From assembly GCA_964016885.1 (NCBI GenBank), contig OZ024752.1, positions 11,966,001 to 12,030,000 on the forward strand: DNA of 64,000 nt, given 5' to 3'. The notes under the pieces were generated by a model. It made no database searches. It worked only from the letters and a program-made list of their open reading frames with translations, and had not been told where the DNA came from. Each line of letters opens with the position of its first letter. The first letter of the stretch is position 1. Of the stretch, positions 1 through 48,177 are shown piece by piece. Both the position numbers and the translations under genes were made by a program. The stretch comes from Eledone cirrhosa (lineage: Eukaryota).

Positions 1-290
1 GGTCATGTAGGTGTCATGACAAAAAGTACCCAGTCCACACTGTAAAGTGGTCATGTAGGTGTCACAACAAAACGCACCAAGTCCATACTGTAAAGTGGTC
101 ATGTAGGTGTCACAACAAAAAGCACCCAGCCCACACTGTAAAACGGTCGTAGGTATCATGCCAAAAAGCACCCAGTCCACACTGTAAAGTGGTCATGTAG
201 GTATCACAACAAAAAGCACCCAGTTCTCACTGTAAAGTGGTCATGTAGGTGTCATGACAAAAAGCACCCAGAACTCACTGTAAATGAGGT
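1..290 (+). repeat. 48-bp tandem repeat (about 6 copies) within a SINE that ends in (GAT)n at about 452
   Basis: Unit ggtcatgtaggtgtcatgacaaaaagcacccagtccacactgtaaagt. Confidence 0.85.
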
Positions 291-1384
291 TGGCATTAGG
301 AAGGGCATCCAGCTGTAGAAACCAAGCTAAAATCAGTTCTATATGTGCAAGACATGGTCACCTGACCTAGCATTGCCCACAATAGAACAACTTCTCTAAC
401 CCATGACAGCATGAAAAAATTGATATAAAACAGTGATGATGATGATGATGATGAATGTATAGATGGAAGCTGCACCCACTGGAGTTATTCCATGTCTGGA
501 ACTTTCTCTTGTCATTTAGTGTGGAACAACCTTTGGAGACATAAGGCATGAAAATGGTTCAGTTATCTGGTGTGTTTGGGTTTCACAGACATAAAGGAGT
601 GTTGTCAGTATGACAAAGAGTTACGGCCCTTTATGGTCTGAGTTCAAATCCTGCTGAGGTTAACTTTGTCTTTCATCCTTACGGGATCATTAACATAAAT
701 ACCAGTAATGCACTGGGTAATTGCTGGCCTTGTGCCAAAAGTAAAAACAAATAGATATTTCACAGTTATTGAGGATATAAGCCACCATGTTGTCATGAAG
801 CAGCCCGGTAATGGTTTCTGATTTAATCACAAGGCCAACAATTTTGGGTGAGGGGAAAGTCGATTAAATCAACCTCAGTGTGTTACTGGTACTTTATTTT
901 ACCAACCCTGTAAGGATGAAAGGCAAAGCTAACGTTGGCGTGGATTTGAGCTCAGCACATAAAGGGCTTAAACTCTATGCTGCGAAGCCTGGTGTCCGAC
1001 ACTCTACCGATACTGCCCGATAATATTGGTAAATTTGTCTTGACAATGATACTTAATAATCTTCTAAAGGCCTTCATGACTTACTGTATTGAGTACTTTG
1101 ATTAGATCCACAAATGTGGTATATAAACTCAACTGTTATTCTTAATATTCACATTGTAGTTTGTCTTGCAGCAAATTACCATGCTTACAATGGTACATCC
1201 CGCACGGAAGCTCTATTGCTTTTTCTGTGAGCAAACTATTTTCGAGGTGTTTGATGAAGCGGTTCAGCAGAACTTTAGTAAGAAGCTTCTTGGCAATGGG
1301 CATCAGGGAGACGTCATGGGAGTTGTCACAGAATTGCCTGTTCTCTTTGTACTTGTAGACTTCAACATCTTTGGATTCCTTTAA

Positions 1385-1599
1385 CCCTTTAACATCTACA
1401 TTATATATATACTATTGTATTTTTGTGGTAAAGGCTTTATCTCACAAAATTATCACACATCATTTTGAATCTATGAGGTTTTTATATTTATTTTGAGAAC
1501 AATACTTTAACATCAGTGTGAGCATGCAGTTATGGCTGGTTTGAACAGAAAGAGGTGAGAGAATTCTGGCCAGATATGGCCGGAATAAATGCTAAAGGG
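1385..1599. mobile_element. piggyBac-type MITE
   Basis: TTAA|CCCTTTAACAT...ATGCTAAAGGG|TTAA. Confidence 0.8.
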
Positions 1600-1790
1600 T
1601 TAAGAGATTGCCTTGGTTCTAGATAGATAGAAATAGTCCTGTTAAATGCTTTTGTAGAATGAGTTCATTAGATTTATATTTCTGTAGGGATGATATCTGA
1701 TCCAGGAGATTGTCATAGGGCCAATACTTAATAGCTTTTGTCACTTCTTCAATAAGATGATTGTCTAGTGCGACGTTTGTTTCGACTTAA

Positions 1791-2011
1791 CCCTGTAGCA
1801 TTTAAACCGGCTGTATCCGGTCAGAATTCTCTCACCTCTTTCTGTTCAAACCAGCCATAACCAGCTGTTCATACTGATACTATGGTATTGTTCTCAAAAT
1901 AAATAATATCAAAATTTCATAGGTTCGATATGATGTGAGATAATTATGTAAGATAAAGCCTTTACCGTGAAAATGTAATAGTATATATAGAGTAATGTAG
2001 ATGCTAAAGGG
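1791..2011. mobile_element. piggyBac-type MITE (same family, opposite orientation)
   Basis: TTAA|CCCTGTAGCAT...ATGCTAAAGGG|TTAA. Confidence 0.8.
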
Positions 2012-2408
2012 TTAAGGCAGTTGAGAGATTGGGGCTTTATTTCTTGTTGATGGCTGGTTGAGAAATCATATTGAAGTGTTTGCTCATGCCTCAAAGATTC
2101 CTTCTCTATTGGTGAGAAGTGTTGATCCATCAACAATTAGAAGTTCAGTTTCCGAGGAAGAGTTGATGACCACACACAACTTTTATAGAGTCAGAGAACC
2201 TTTTCCATTCATGTTTATCAGCCGAAGAAGTCACAAAAGATGGTGACCAGCTTGCCTTTGGAAGAAATGGCATTCCTCATAAAATTTATCATTCTCCTCT
2301 TCAAGGTTGGTCATGCTTGGAGCATTTCCACTGGCTGGTGGGACATGTTTGTTGTTGCTATCTAGAGGGAGATGAAGGGTCATAAGCCTGTCATTGATTT
2401 TAACTTAC

Positions 2409-37410
<35,002 letters not shown>

Positions 37411-38159
37411 CTGATATAAAAAAAAAAGAGAGATCGTGTTAGAAATAATGTAAATATCATTAAAACAGCTGAAATTATCAATTTAAAGCACATTGATTAA
37501 TGTAGTTTTAACAGAGTTTTGTAGCTTGCTTGAAGCATTGTTTAATAGGAAACACAAATTTAAATTTTGAAGACCAACACAATGTGTTATGGAGAATGTT
37601 AAATTGCCAAGATAACAAAAGAATCTTACCTTAGCAAATTTAACGGTCCCAAATATTTTCGGGTTTAAAAACCCATTATCAAGGGAGTAACTCTATGAGA
37701 GTCTTAAAAATCGATCGGATAGACTTGCTTGTTTGGAGAGCTGATTTAAGTTCAATTTGCTAAGGTAAGATTCTTTTGTTATCTTGGCAATTTAACATTC
37801 TTCATAGTGCATTGTTTGGGTTTTCAAAATTTAAATTAATGTAGTTTTATTTTAATAAATTCAGTTTTATGGGATCCAATAAAGGCTTATTAAACTATTC
37901 TTTATTTTTTTTTTAGAATATGTAGTAAAATATAAATAAATAAATTAAACTCCCTTGATAATGGGTTTTTAAACCCGAAAATATTTGGGATTATTAAATT
38001 TGCTATGGTAAGATTTTATTATATCTTGGCACCTTTAATTTTCTAATGCATTGTATGGCTTTTAAAATTATTTAGATTTATATTTCCTATTCAACAATGC
38101 TTCAAGAAAACTACAACACTCAATTAATTAATCATTACAGTTACATGTAAATCTTCAAT

Positions 38160-38690
38160 TTCCGTATTCGTGCCAATATTTTACTATGGTCATGAATCTT
38201 GGGTAGTGACCGAAAGAATATGACCGTGAATCGAGTGGTCGAAATGGGGTTCCTACGCAGGGCCTTTGGAGTAACGTTACTCGATAGAATGCGTAGCTTG
38301 GAGATCAGAGAGTCACTCCAAGTAGAGCCGCTACTTCTCAGAATTGAGAGATCACAGCTCCGACACTATGGGCATGTGGTTAGAATGTCTCAGGAAAGAA
38401 TCCCTAGACAGATTTTACGGGAAAACCAACCAGCAGGAGACCCAGGGGTAGACCCCGAGCAAGATGGTTGCATAACATCCATGAGCTTAGCTGGTCTCGC
38501 TTGGGGATCCAGCCAGATCAGTTGGAGAGGGTTGCTTCTGACAGGACCAACCGGAAGGAGTGTTTGAGGACTCTGCCCCCACGACCCTCTCGGGAATAAG
38601 TGGGCGAAGAAGATGATGAAGAAGAAGACGAAGAAGAAGAAGATAAATAAGAAGATAAAGAAGAAGTAGAAGGTAAAGAAAAAGAAGAAG
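38160..38690 (+). mobile_element. RTE-clade LINE 3' end with (GAA)n tail; copies 43920-44350, 35290-35485, 8310-8430
   Basis: EMGFLRRAFGVTLLDRMRSLEIRESLQVEPLLLRIERSQLRHYGHVVRM. Confidence 0.8.
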
Positions 38691-38874
38691 AAAATATAGT
38701 AAATTCGACAGACTTCTACACAGTTTGTATCAAGCCAGTATCACTCACAAGGCAGAGGTCAACCCGAGGCTCTGGTATCTGACACATGACAAACATGTCA
38801 CCCAGTTGCGCAGCAGGATTGAACCCATCTCTAAATGAGACATTTTTAGCCATTCAACCATCCTACATCAATTT

Positions 38875-39145
38875 CGGCAACCTCTCTAGTGCGCGATCCA
38901 CGGGCAACCTCTCTAGTGAGGGCTCCACGGGCAACCTCTCTAGTGAGGGCTCCACGGGCAACCTCTCTAGTGAGGGCTCCACGGGCAACCTCTCTAGTGC
39001 GCGATCCACGGGCAACCTCTCTAGTGAGGGCTCCACGGGCAACCTCTCTAGTGAGGGCTCCACGGGCAACCTCTCTAGTGCGCGCTCCATGGGCAACCTC
39101 TCTAGTGAGGGCTCCACGGGCAACCCCTCTAGTGCGGGCTCCACA
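38875..39145. repeat. 27-bp tandem repeat, 10 copies
   Basis: cacgggcaacctctctagtgagggctc. Confidence 0.95.
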
Positions 39146-39282
39146 ATAAAAGCCATCCAGTAAACTTAGTGAAGGTGCGCGGCTAATTGGTTAGAAGGTT
39201 AAGCTCACAATCGTGAGGGGCCAAGCTGTATTAACCATTCCCTTGGACATCATCGGTGACGTGGAGAGAAAAGGCTGGTATG

Positions 39283-39800
39283 TATGGGCGACTACTGGTC
39301 TTCCACAAACAACCTAACCCAGCATAGGCGACTGCTGATATTCTACAAACACACCTTACTCAGTATGGGCGATTGCTGATATTCCACAAACATACCTTAC
39401 TCAGTATGGGCGATTGCTGGTCTTCCACAAACATACCTTACCCAGCATAGGTGACTGCTGGTCTTCCACAAACATACCTTACCCAGCATAGGTGACTGCT
39501 GGTCTTCCACAAACACACCTTACCCAGGATAGGTGACTGCTGGTCTTCCACAAACACACCTTACCTAGCATAGGTGACTGCTGGTCTTCCACAAACACAC
39601 CTTACCCAGCATAGGTGACTGCTGGTCTTCCACAAACACACCTTACTCAGTATGGGCGACTGCTGATATTCCACAAACATACCTTACCCAGCATAGGTGA
39701 CTGCTGGTCTTCCACAAACACACCTTACTCAGTATGGGCAACTGCTGGTCTTCCACAAACACACCTTACCCAGTATAGGTTACTGCTGGGCTTCTACAAT
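39283..39800 (+). repeat. 41-bp tandem repeat, about 12 copies, amplified from the SINE family 2 body
   Basis: ggtgactgctggtcttccacaaacacaccttacccagcata; the single-copy form is at 28562-28590. Confidence 0.9.
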
Positions 39801-40414
39801 TATTGCTAGGAATGCCTATCTCCTGGGAGACACCAGTTTTCGACAACACGCGAATAGTCTATAATTTGAATGCAGTGGGATCTGAACCCAGAGCGCCGGC
39901 TTTGCTTGTGGCTAAACAACAACTGATTAAAAATGTGGAAAGAATACTGTAAAACTTACAGTAGTCTTACAGTGTAAAGCATTCAACGTTCTAACAGTTT
40001 TGTCAATTCAATTCATATAAATCCTATTAGTTAAATAAAACCAAGAATTCATTTCTGTTTAGGTTTGAATTAATCTCCGTTGACTAAATTAAATTTGTAA
40101 TAAACGTATCTTTTAATATTCACCTTTAACGTCAAATGGCATCCAGTAAATGTACTAATGAAGGTTATAGATTTAATCACTGCAGCATATAAAACAAAAC
40201 ATCCTTGAACATATTTTAGTAGATTAGCAGATTAAAGATCGATTTTGTAGAAATATTTATAACAGATTTAATACTAATTATATCTAGCCGATAAAACAAT
40301 TTAAATTATTGCTGGTCTGGAAAAGCCCATTCGATTATTTGTTAAAATACAATCCTCTCACCATCCAACGAATAACAAAAGATGTGAGTCTAATCCATTG
40401 ATTAAAAAAATAAA

Positions 40415-41076
40415 ATCAGAGAGATATCATTACTTCCACCCATCATAGTGGTGTGATATATCAAATCAGAGATATCATTACTTCCACCCATCATAGTGGT
40501 GTGATATATCAAATCAGAGATATCATTACTTCCACCCATCATAGTGGTGTGATATATCAAATCAGAGAGATATCATTACTTCCACCCATCATAGTGGTGT
40601 GATATATCAAATCAGAGATATCATTACTTCCACTTATCATAGTGGTGTGATATATCAAATCAGAGATATCATTACTTCCACCTATCATAGTGGTGTGATA
40701 TATCAAATCAGAGATATCATTACTTGTACCCATCATAGTGGTGTGATATATCAAATCAGAGATATCATTACTTCCACCCATCATAGTGGTGTGATATATC
40801 AAATCAGAGATATCATTACTTCCACCCATCATAGTGGTGTGATATATCAAATCAGAGATATCATTACTTCCACCCATCATAGTGGTGTGATATATCAAAT
40901 CAGAGATATCATTACTTGTACCCATCATAGTGGTGTGATATATCAAATCAGAGAGATATCATTACTTCCACCCATCATAGTGGTGTGATATATCAAATCA
41001 GAGATATCATTACTTCCACCCTTCATAGTGGTGTGATATATCAAATCAGAGATATCATTACTTGTACCCATCATAG
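40415..41076. repeat. 48-bp tandem repeat, about 14 copies
   Basis: atcagagatatcattacttccacccatcatagtggtgtgatatatcaa. Confidence 0.95.
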
Positions 41077-43234
41077 TTGTACCCAGCGATGGCCGTAGTA
41101 ACCTATTTGTCCCCTCAGATGGGCTTTTTAGTTTTAGGATGGTTAACGTTTTTTAATTTAATACCTGCATGTATTCGTATAACTTTTCAATTCCAGTTAT
41201 TTGCCAAGCAAATTTTGATATGTAAAATTGGGGGCCTTGCTGTGTATTCTAATTTTTTTAGTATGAGCCCCCAAGAAAAACCTGAAATGGCCCGGGCTCC
41301 CCAAGGTCTAAATGAAACCTTGCATGAAAGTCATCTTATTTGTCAGGTTTGGGAAAAGGAAAAGGAACATAAGTTTCTCTCGCTAACGTTGTTGTGGACA
41401 ATCTTAACTGAGTAAAGCTATAATCATAGGTACTCCACCCATAATCATCATACCTTTTCCAGTTGTGTGGGGCTATTTATGATAGTGGCAGTTGGACATT
41501 TGCTTAAATTCTAATAAGCGAAGGGAAGGAAGGCTGGAATAAGCGAAGGAGTTGAGAAATCGATAATTGTATAGTGTGCGTTCGTAAATATAGGATTTCT
41601 TGTAATGTTCTTTTTTTTTTTTTGTCTGATATAATTGTTTCTACTTTTGGCAGAAGGCCAACAATTATCGCAGTGTATTACTGGTACTTTCTTTTATCGA
41701 CGCCGTAAGGATGAAAGGCAAAGTTAACCTCGGCGGGATTTGAACTCAGATATAATGTTTTTTTAAATGTACAATAAAATTATTATTAGATTTTCCAGCT
41801 GCTGTATCAATATGAACCACTTACGCCAGAGATAGATTAGCAAAATTTAATAAGCGGTGGGGAGTCTGAAAAATTAATAAGAGAGCGGGAGGTGGTTGGG
41901 TATTATTCAAAACCTGGGAATATATGAAACAATATGTTCTTTTTTTTCAAAGGCTTTTGAGTTAGGGAATATTTGGTTGCTATTTCTACCAGGTCAGGCG
42001 GTCATAAGGCGGCAATCACATTTGCTCCTATATAAGTAATTAAATATCTATTCTTACTTCCCTTGGCTTTATTTCATCGACTCCGAAAGGATGAAGTATG
42101 TCAATCTCAGTTTGAATTTGGAACTTAATGAACAGCATGTGTTTCACTTGTACGATAAATGTTCCAGTTGTTTGATCAACGGAACAACCAGTGCATGTGG
42201 CTACAGGACTGGATTTAATTGGAGTGGGGTTTGCAAAGGTGGCAATTTCCCCGGGCACCCTGCAGCGGGGGGCCCTCCACCAACGACAGCCGTAGCAATT
42301 TATTTATGCCCTCTGCTGGGCTTTTTAGTTTTATCCCTTTGACAATGAGAACTATATTTTTAATAAAACGTACTTAATGTTCATCATGAAAACATGACAA
42401 ATATGTAATGTATGAGCAAGATGAGGTCACACCGATATATTTGGCCTTGGACTGTGACAACCCTTCCAACACATACCATTGGGGAAAGGGGATGAAACAT
42501 GAGGATGGTTAGAATTTTTTAATTTAATACCTGTATGTATATCATTTCAATTTCATTTACTTGCACCAAACCGACTTTGGTATGTAAAATTGGTGGTTTG
42601 TTGTGCATTCCAATTTTTTGTGTATGAGGAGCCTTCCCAATTCTGATGTGCTTCGGGCCCACTAATGTCCAAATCTGGTTCTGTGTGGCTGAGCATTCAA
42701 CAAACACGTATAACCTTAACGTAGTTCTCAGGTGGATTTAGTGTGACACAGTATATGTGTGGAGGCATGTGGCCTAGTGGTAAGAGTGTTGGATTTACGA
42801 TCATAATGTCGTTGTTTCGATTCCTGAGTTGCGTGTTGTGTTCTTGAGCAAAACACTTCATTTCACGTTGCTCCAGTATACTCAGCTGAAAATGAGTACC
42901 AACAATAGTTAGGCGTCCTGTCCAGTGGAGAGTCTTGTACTCTCAGTCGCTTCAAGCCATGAAACCGGGATAAGCACCGGCTAAATGAGCCTTCTGGCTT
43001 AAGACAGATTTTAGACTGTTTAGTATGTGATAAGGCTTGTTCTTTGAATTACAGTTACAACTCATTTTTCCCAGTAAAGTATACTGTATGGGCATGAAAT
43101 ACTTTTGAGCAGCTCAAAGACACAACACACCAGAGAGAATTTAGTTTATGACCATACGTACGTGAGCCGAGCCCCACTGAACCGTACACCGTCACTTAAC
43201 GAAATAAAAGTCAGTATTGAGAGTATTATGTCCA

Positions 43235-43421
43235 GGCGGTGGATTGGCAGTATCGGTGGAGGGTCGGACGCCATGCTTTCCAGCATAGTTACGTCCCTTT
43301 ACGATCTGAGTTCAAATCCCGCCGAGGTTGACTTTGCCTTTCATCCTTACGGGGTCGATAAAATAAAGTACCAGTAATGCACTGGGTAATTGTTGGCCTT
43401 GTGCCTAAAGTAGAAACAATT
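43235..43421 (+). mobile_element. tRNA-derived SINE family 1 (representative; about 30 copies, e.g. 3216-3408-, 9373-9560+, 20348-20968- x3, 22021-22713- x3, 26921-27100-, 28135-28320+, 32150-32328+, 44909-45097+, 51466-51650+, 53452-53640-)
   Basis: A-box TGGCAGTATCGG, B-box GAGTTCAAATCC, conserved body gcctttcatccttacggggtcgataaaataaagtaccag, tail ggccttgtgccaaaagtagaaacaatt. Confidence 0.9.
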
Positions 43422-46138
43422 ATGTCCAGTGTTCTCCTACCCCTGTCATCACAATAACCCTATTGCCAGTTAATATTGATTCTAAAAACTGGTATAAGGG
43501 GCCACATCTTTTCGAATAGAGAAATTGCATTATTATCAATTTGAAAACTTGCCTGTAATTTATGTTTTGTCGACTCCGAAAAATGAACATGAAAGTTGAT
43601 CTCAGATTTCATCTTAAAACTTAAAGAAAGGACGTAATTGTACATTGCAGAGAATTGTTGTCCGCGGACGTTATTGTCAGTTAATATTTAAAACATAGAA
43701 GTGTGATGGATCAGTAGAATCGGTAGAGCATTGGGTGGAATGTTTTACAACATTTAATTACGTTTCTTTACGTTCTGAGTCCAAATGTAACAGTGATTGA
43801 TATTCCTTTCATACTTCTGGGATCAAGAAAATAAGGTACCAGTGAAACTCTGGGGTCGATATCATTTACTATAGCTACTGTATGTTAATATTAAGAACCA
43901 GTAAATTTATATGGAGAATTCAGGAATCTTGGGTAATGACCGAAAGAATAGAATTACGAATACAAACAGCCGAAATGGGGTTCCCCTGAAGGGTTTTTGG
44001 AGTAACCTTACTCGATAGAGTGTGGAGATCAGAGGGTCACTCCAGGTAGAGCCACTACTTCTCCGAATTGAGAGATCACAGCTCCGATACTGTAGACATG
44101 TGTTTAGAATGTCTCGGGGAAGAGTCGCCGGACAGATTTTACGGGAAAAACTAACCGGCAGGAGACTCAGGGGTAGACATCGAGCAAGATGGTTGGATAA
44201 CATCCATGAGCTTGGCTGGTCTCACTTGAGTATTGAGGCGGATCAGTTGGAGACGGTTGTTTCTGACATGACACGCTGGAAAGAGTGTTTGAGGACTCTG
44301 CCCCCATGACCCTCTCAGGAATAAGCGGGCGAAGAAGAAGAAAGAAGAATTCCTCACCCATTCAGCATTCGAAGAAAGTCAGGAAACGAAAAATAACTTG
44401 GTTCAATCCCTCCTTACATATACTTCACTGCAATTATTGCTAGGAATTGCCTATCTCCTGTGAGATACCAGTTTTCAACAATACACAAATACTCTATAAG
44501 ATCTACACACATAACTATTCCATCCTAGACAATATCACTTCCAGTATCAGCCATCACCATTTAAAATATCTATCTTAGCAATTAATCCACTTGCTGTTGA
44601 ATGGATAACGCATAAATATGCAGAAACATCTGTCGGATATCCTCACCGGCTACTGAGATAGCTGTAACATGATCACAGATTAAACAGTCATGGCGAGGCA
44701 GTTATATATTTATTATGAATAAACATACAGTATATGCTTTCCTATACGTTAATGTTACTGGTACTTAAACTTAGCCGATCAAGCACGCACTTATGTAAAT
44801 GCAGACCTGTCAACTCTCCCCGTCCGACGGGGGGATCTCCCACCCACTTTGGGGTGTGTGAGAGTAGTCTTCTCTTGTGAAAAGGAGAATAGCTTTCATT
44901 ATGTAAAAGGCGGTGGATTGGCACTATCGGTAGAGGGTCGGATGCCATGCTTTCCAGATTAGTTACGTCCCTTAACGATCTGAGTTCAAATCCCGCCGAG
45001 ATTGATTTTGTCTTTCATCCTTACGGGGTCGATAAAATAAAGTACCAGTAATACACTGGGATAATTGCTGGCCTTGTGCCAAACGTAGAAACAATTATGT
45101 AAAATCTCCCCATTTTGTCTCATTTCTTCCCCTTTTCGTGCACCTTTTTACATGGTACTTCCCGTTGGGTTTCTAGAGGTTGGCAGGTCTGTAAATGAGA
45201 ATGTAACTTATCTCGGTCCTCCTTATCCAATCTACAGGTGTATACTCAAAGCAAGTCCGTTCACATAGACCATGCTTGCCTCACTTATCTACCTGGATTC
45301 TAATTTAGACACAATACCAGTAAATGTAAGGGGGAAAGGAAAGTCGATTACATCGATCCAAGTACTTTACTGGTACCGTACTTTACCGACCTCGGGTGGA
45401 GGAAAAGGCAAATTTGACCACGACATGATTTGAACTCAGACCGTAAAGCGCCATCACGAAGTACTGCAAAGCCTTTTGTCCGACGCTCTACTGATTCTGC
45501 CAATAATGGTTTCCGATTTAGGCACAAGGCCAACAGTTTTTATGGGGGGAGGGGGGGTAAAAGTCGAGGAAATTGACCCCAGTGCATTACTGGTACTTTA
45601 TTTTAACGACCTCGAAATGATAAAAGGCAAAGTTAACCTCGGTGGGATTTGAACTCGGAACGTAAAGAGCCGTAACTCTATGCTGCAAAGCATGCTGTCC
45701 GACGCTCTACCGATACTACCAATCCACCCCAATTTAGTTATTTGATAAAAGTGATCAATAAAATAAGCATCAGACGGGAATCAGCACTAGTGGGGCCGGG
45801 AGGAGGGGTAGGGGAGGTGGGGGGGGGGTCAATGTGATGATATGATGGTCTAAAAACGCCTGAAGGGTGGTGACCCAACATAAACACAGTTCAATGAGGC
45901 CATAAATATGTAAAATTAATCAACATTGACACGAGTTACTGCAACGTGAGATAGAAGTTTAGTGGTTGTAGCAATTAGGTGTATGTTATACGATTATCTA
46001 TTAATTCCAACTTATATAAGTAACAACGAAATAAAACTTGTATTAAATTAATCAATGAAATGTAATTCCTTCTCAGTCTTCTTTACCTAATGTGTTAATG
46101 TTTAGTTATATAAGGTTAAATATGGAAATAGTGTCTAT

Positions 46139-46181
<43 letters not shown>

Positions 46182-46188
<7 letters not shown>

Positions 46189-46649
46189 TTAAAACAATGA
46201 AATAAAAAATCAAGTCATTAGAGATATACTTCACTGCTTTACGATCGTTTCTAGATGATGATAATACATTGTAGCTATACTCCGTTATTGATCTATGTAA
46301 GGTTAGTTACAAACTATCAGATAAAGAGAATATTTACTTACATGCATATTACCAGCTGATATGCATGTAAGTAAATATTCTCTTTATCTGATAGTTTGTA
46401 ACTAACCTTATAGATCAATTACTGAGTATAGCTACAATGTATTATCATCATCTAGAAACGATCGTAAAGCAGTGAAGTATATCTCTAATGACTTGATTTT
46501 TTATTTCATTGTTTTAACTTATATCATGACTCTGTTTTCCTTTTAATGTTTTATTGTTTTCCGAGATTTATCTTAACCTACAACATTTTCAACATATGGA
46601 TTACATCGAGTTCTTCATACAGAATAGACCCCACAACTTACCGTGGATA

Positions 46650-46655
<6 letters not shown>
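46182..46655 (+). mobile_element. Palindrome of about 340 bp plus tail, 3' hammerhead half GAAA-CGATCG-TA
   Basis: Arms 46182-46349/46358-46524; related to 60751-61225. Confidence 0.7.
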
Positions 46656-46696
<41 letters not shown>

Positions 46697-46784
46697 ATGT
46701 ATATGTGTGTATGTATATGTGTGTGTGTGTGTATGTGTATGTGTGTGTGTGTATATATATGTGTATGTATATATATTTTTATGT

Positions 46785-47391
46785 GAGGTCACCAGTTGGT
46801 GCTACTGGTAACATGTATCCCAGTACAACCTGTCTCATGGTCGGGTCGTTGGCGACTAAACTGGCAACCCCACCAAGGTTTCTTGGTGAGGAGGGTGACT
46901 TTGGACATCCTGCAGGAATAAAAACAAAACCTGTAAAAGGGAAAAGGAGCTCTTAAGAGTCAATGGCCATCCAAAATCACCGGGAGAGATGACCCCTTAG
47001 CCTTTGTCAAGGCAGAATTCTAGGAGAAGGAAAACTCTGATATAACACCTGCAACCCTGATGGTATCCAATGATGTTGACTTGTTCTTCTTTTTGGTAAA
47101 TATCATCTTGGTTAAGAGAGTGGGACTGGCTTTGTGCAGTGCCTTTGATCACTATAAAAGCTTCACGACACAGGCATTGCTTTATATCTGGAGATCTCTC
47201 TGCACTTGTCGTCACATGGTACCATGGGCCCAGCACTGTGTGTTAATAATTGTCACAAGTGTAGTGTTTGTACCAGAGTTTTCAAGTCGCTGGCTGGACT
47301 AAAAGGTCACACTCGTTCAGCGCATCGGTAGGAGTTCTCCTGCATGTATATAAAGTAGTGGCCGTACTCGAAAACGAGTTGGCAGCCACCA
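46785..47391 (+). mobile_element. Non-autonomous element of about 600 bp flanked by TA/TACA repeats (probably RTE 5'UTR-derived); copies 48178-48785+, 31236-31786+, 33014-33389-; relatives 23311-23932-, 30595-31115+, 55395-55780-
   Basis: Near-identical dispersed copies, no real ORF, motif ctaggagaaggaaaactctga. Confidence 0.7.
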
Positions 47392-47515
47392 TGTATATAT
47401 ATATGTATGTATATATATGTATATATATGTGTGTATGTATATGTGGGTGTGTGTGTATGTATATGTGGGTGTGTGTGTATGTATATGTATATATGTATGT
47501 ATATGTATGTGTATG

Positions 47516-47553
<38 letters not shown>

Positions 47554-47917
47554 TATGTATGTATATATATGTATATATGTATGTATGTGTATGATTGTAT
47601 ATGATTGTATATGTATATATATATATGTATATATATGTTCTTCTGGTTTTATAATTTCGTGTATATGTGTATGTATATGTATATATATATATATATATGT
47701 GTGTGTGAATATGTATATATATATATATATATATGTGTGTGCATATATGTATGTATATGTATATATATATATGTATGTATATGTGCATGTTTATATCTGT
47801 GTGTATGTATATATATATATGTGTATGTATATATATGGGTGTATGTATATATATGTGTATGTATATATATGTGTGTATGTATATGTATATATATGTATAT
47901 GTATATATATGTATATG

Positions 47918-47966
<49 letters not shown>

Positions 47967-48135
47967 ATATATATATATGTATATATATATGTATATATAT
48001 GTATATATATGTATATATATATGTATATATATATGTATATATATATGTATATATATATGTATATATATATGTATATATATGTATATATGTATATATGTAT
48101 ATGTATATATGTATATATATATATATGTATATATG

Positions 48136-48167
<32 letters not shown>

Positions 48168-48177
48168 TATGTATATG
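47392..48177. repeat. Degenerate (TA/TG) microsatellite
   Basis: Low-complexity run that produces the long spurious YI/MYV ORFs. Confidence 0.95.

Larger units (their letters stand above)
480..2400 (-). mobile_element. Decayed RTE-clade LINE (endonuclease and RT fragments), interrupted by SINEs and MITEs
   Basis: Minus-strand translations INDRLMTLHLPL...APSMTNLEEENDKFYEE, DGSTLLTNREGIF, EEVTKAIK, KVLLNRFIKHLE and LYTTFVDLIKVLNTVSHEGL, with stops and frameshifts. Confidence 0.75.

Noticed and set aside
38786-39163. Ser/Gly-rich repeat protein ORF
   Set aside because: A 27-bp minisatellite that is open in several frames on both strands, with no splice or homology support.
41815-41900. Minus-strand donor GC|GTAAGT as arrestin exon 1
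   Set aside because: It lies in a repeat also present at about 34500-34620, and no nearby in-frame ATG was seen.
43235-43325. tRNA genes
   Set aside because: The A/B boxes belong to SINE heads, which continue into the SINE body and do not give a clean cloverleaf.
46786-46900. HDV-like or twister ribozyme in the 600-bp family leader
   Set aside because: CCAGT..ACC-TGTCTCAT-GGT..CTAA-ACTGG is suggestive but leaves no room for P1/P1.1, and the twister P4 loop is absent.
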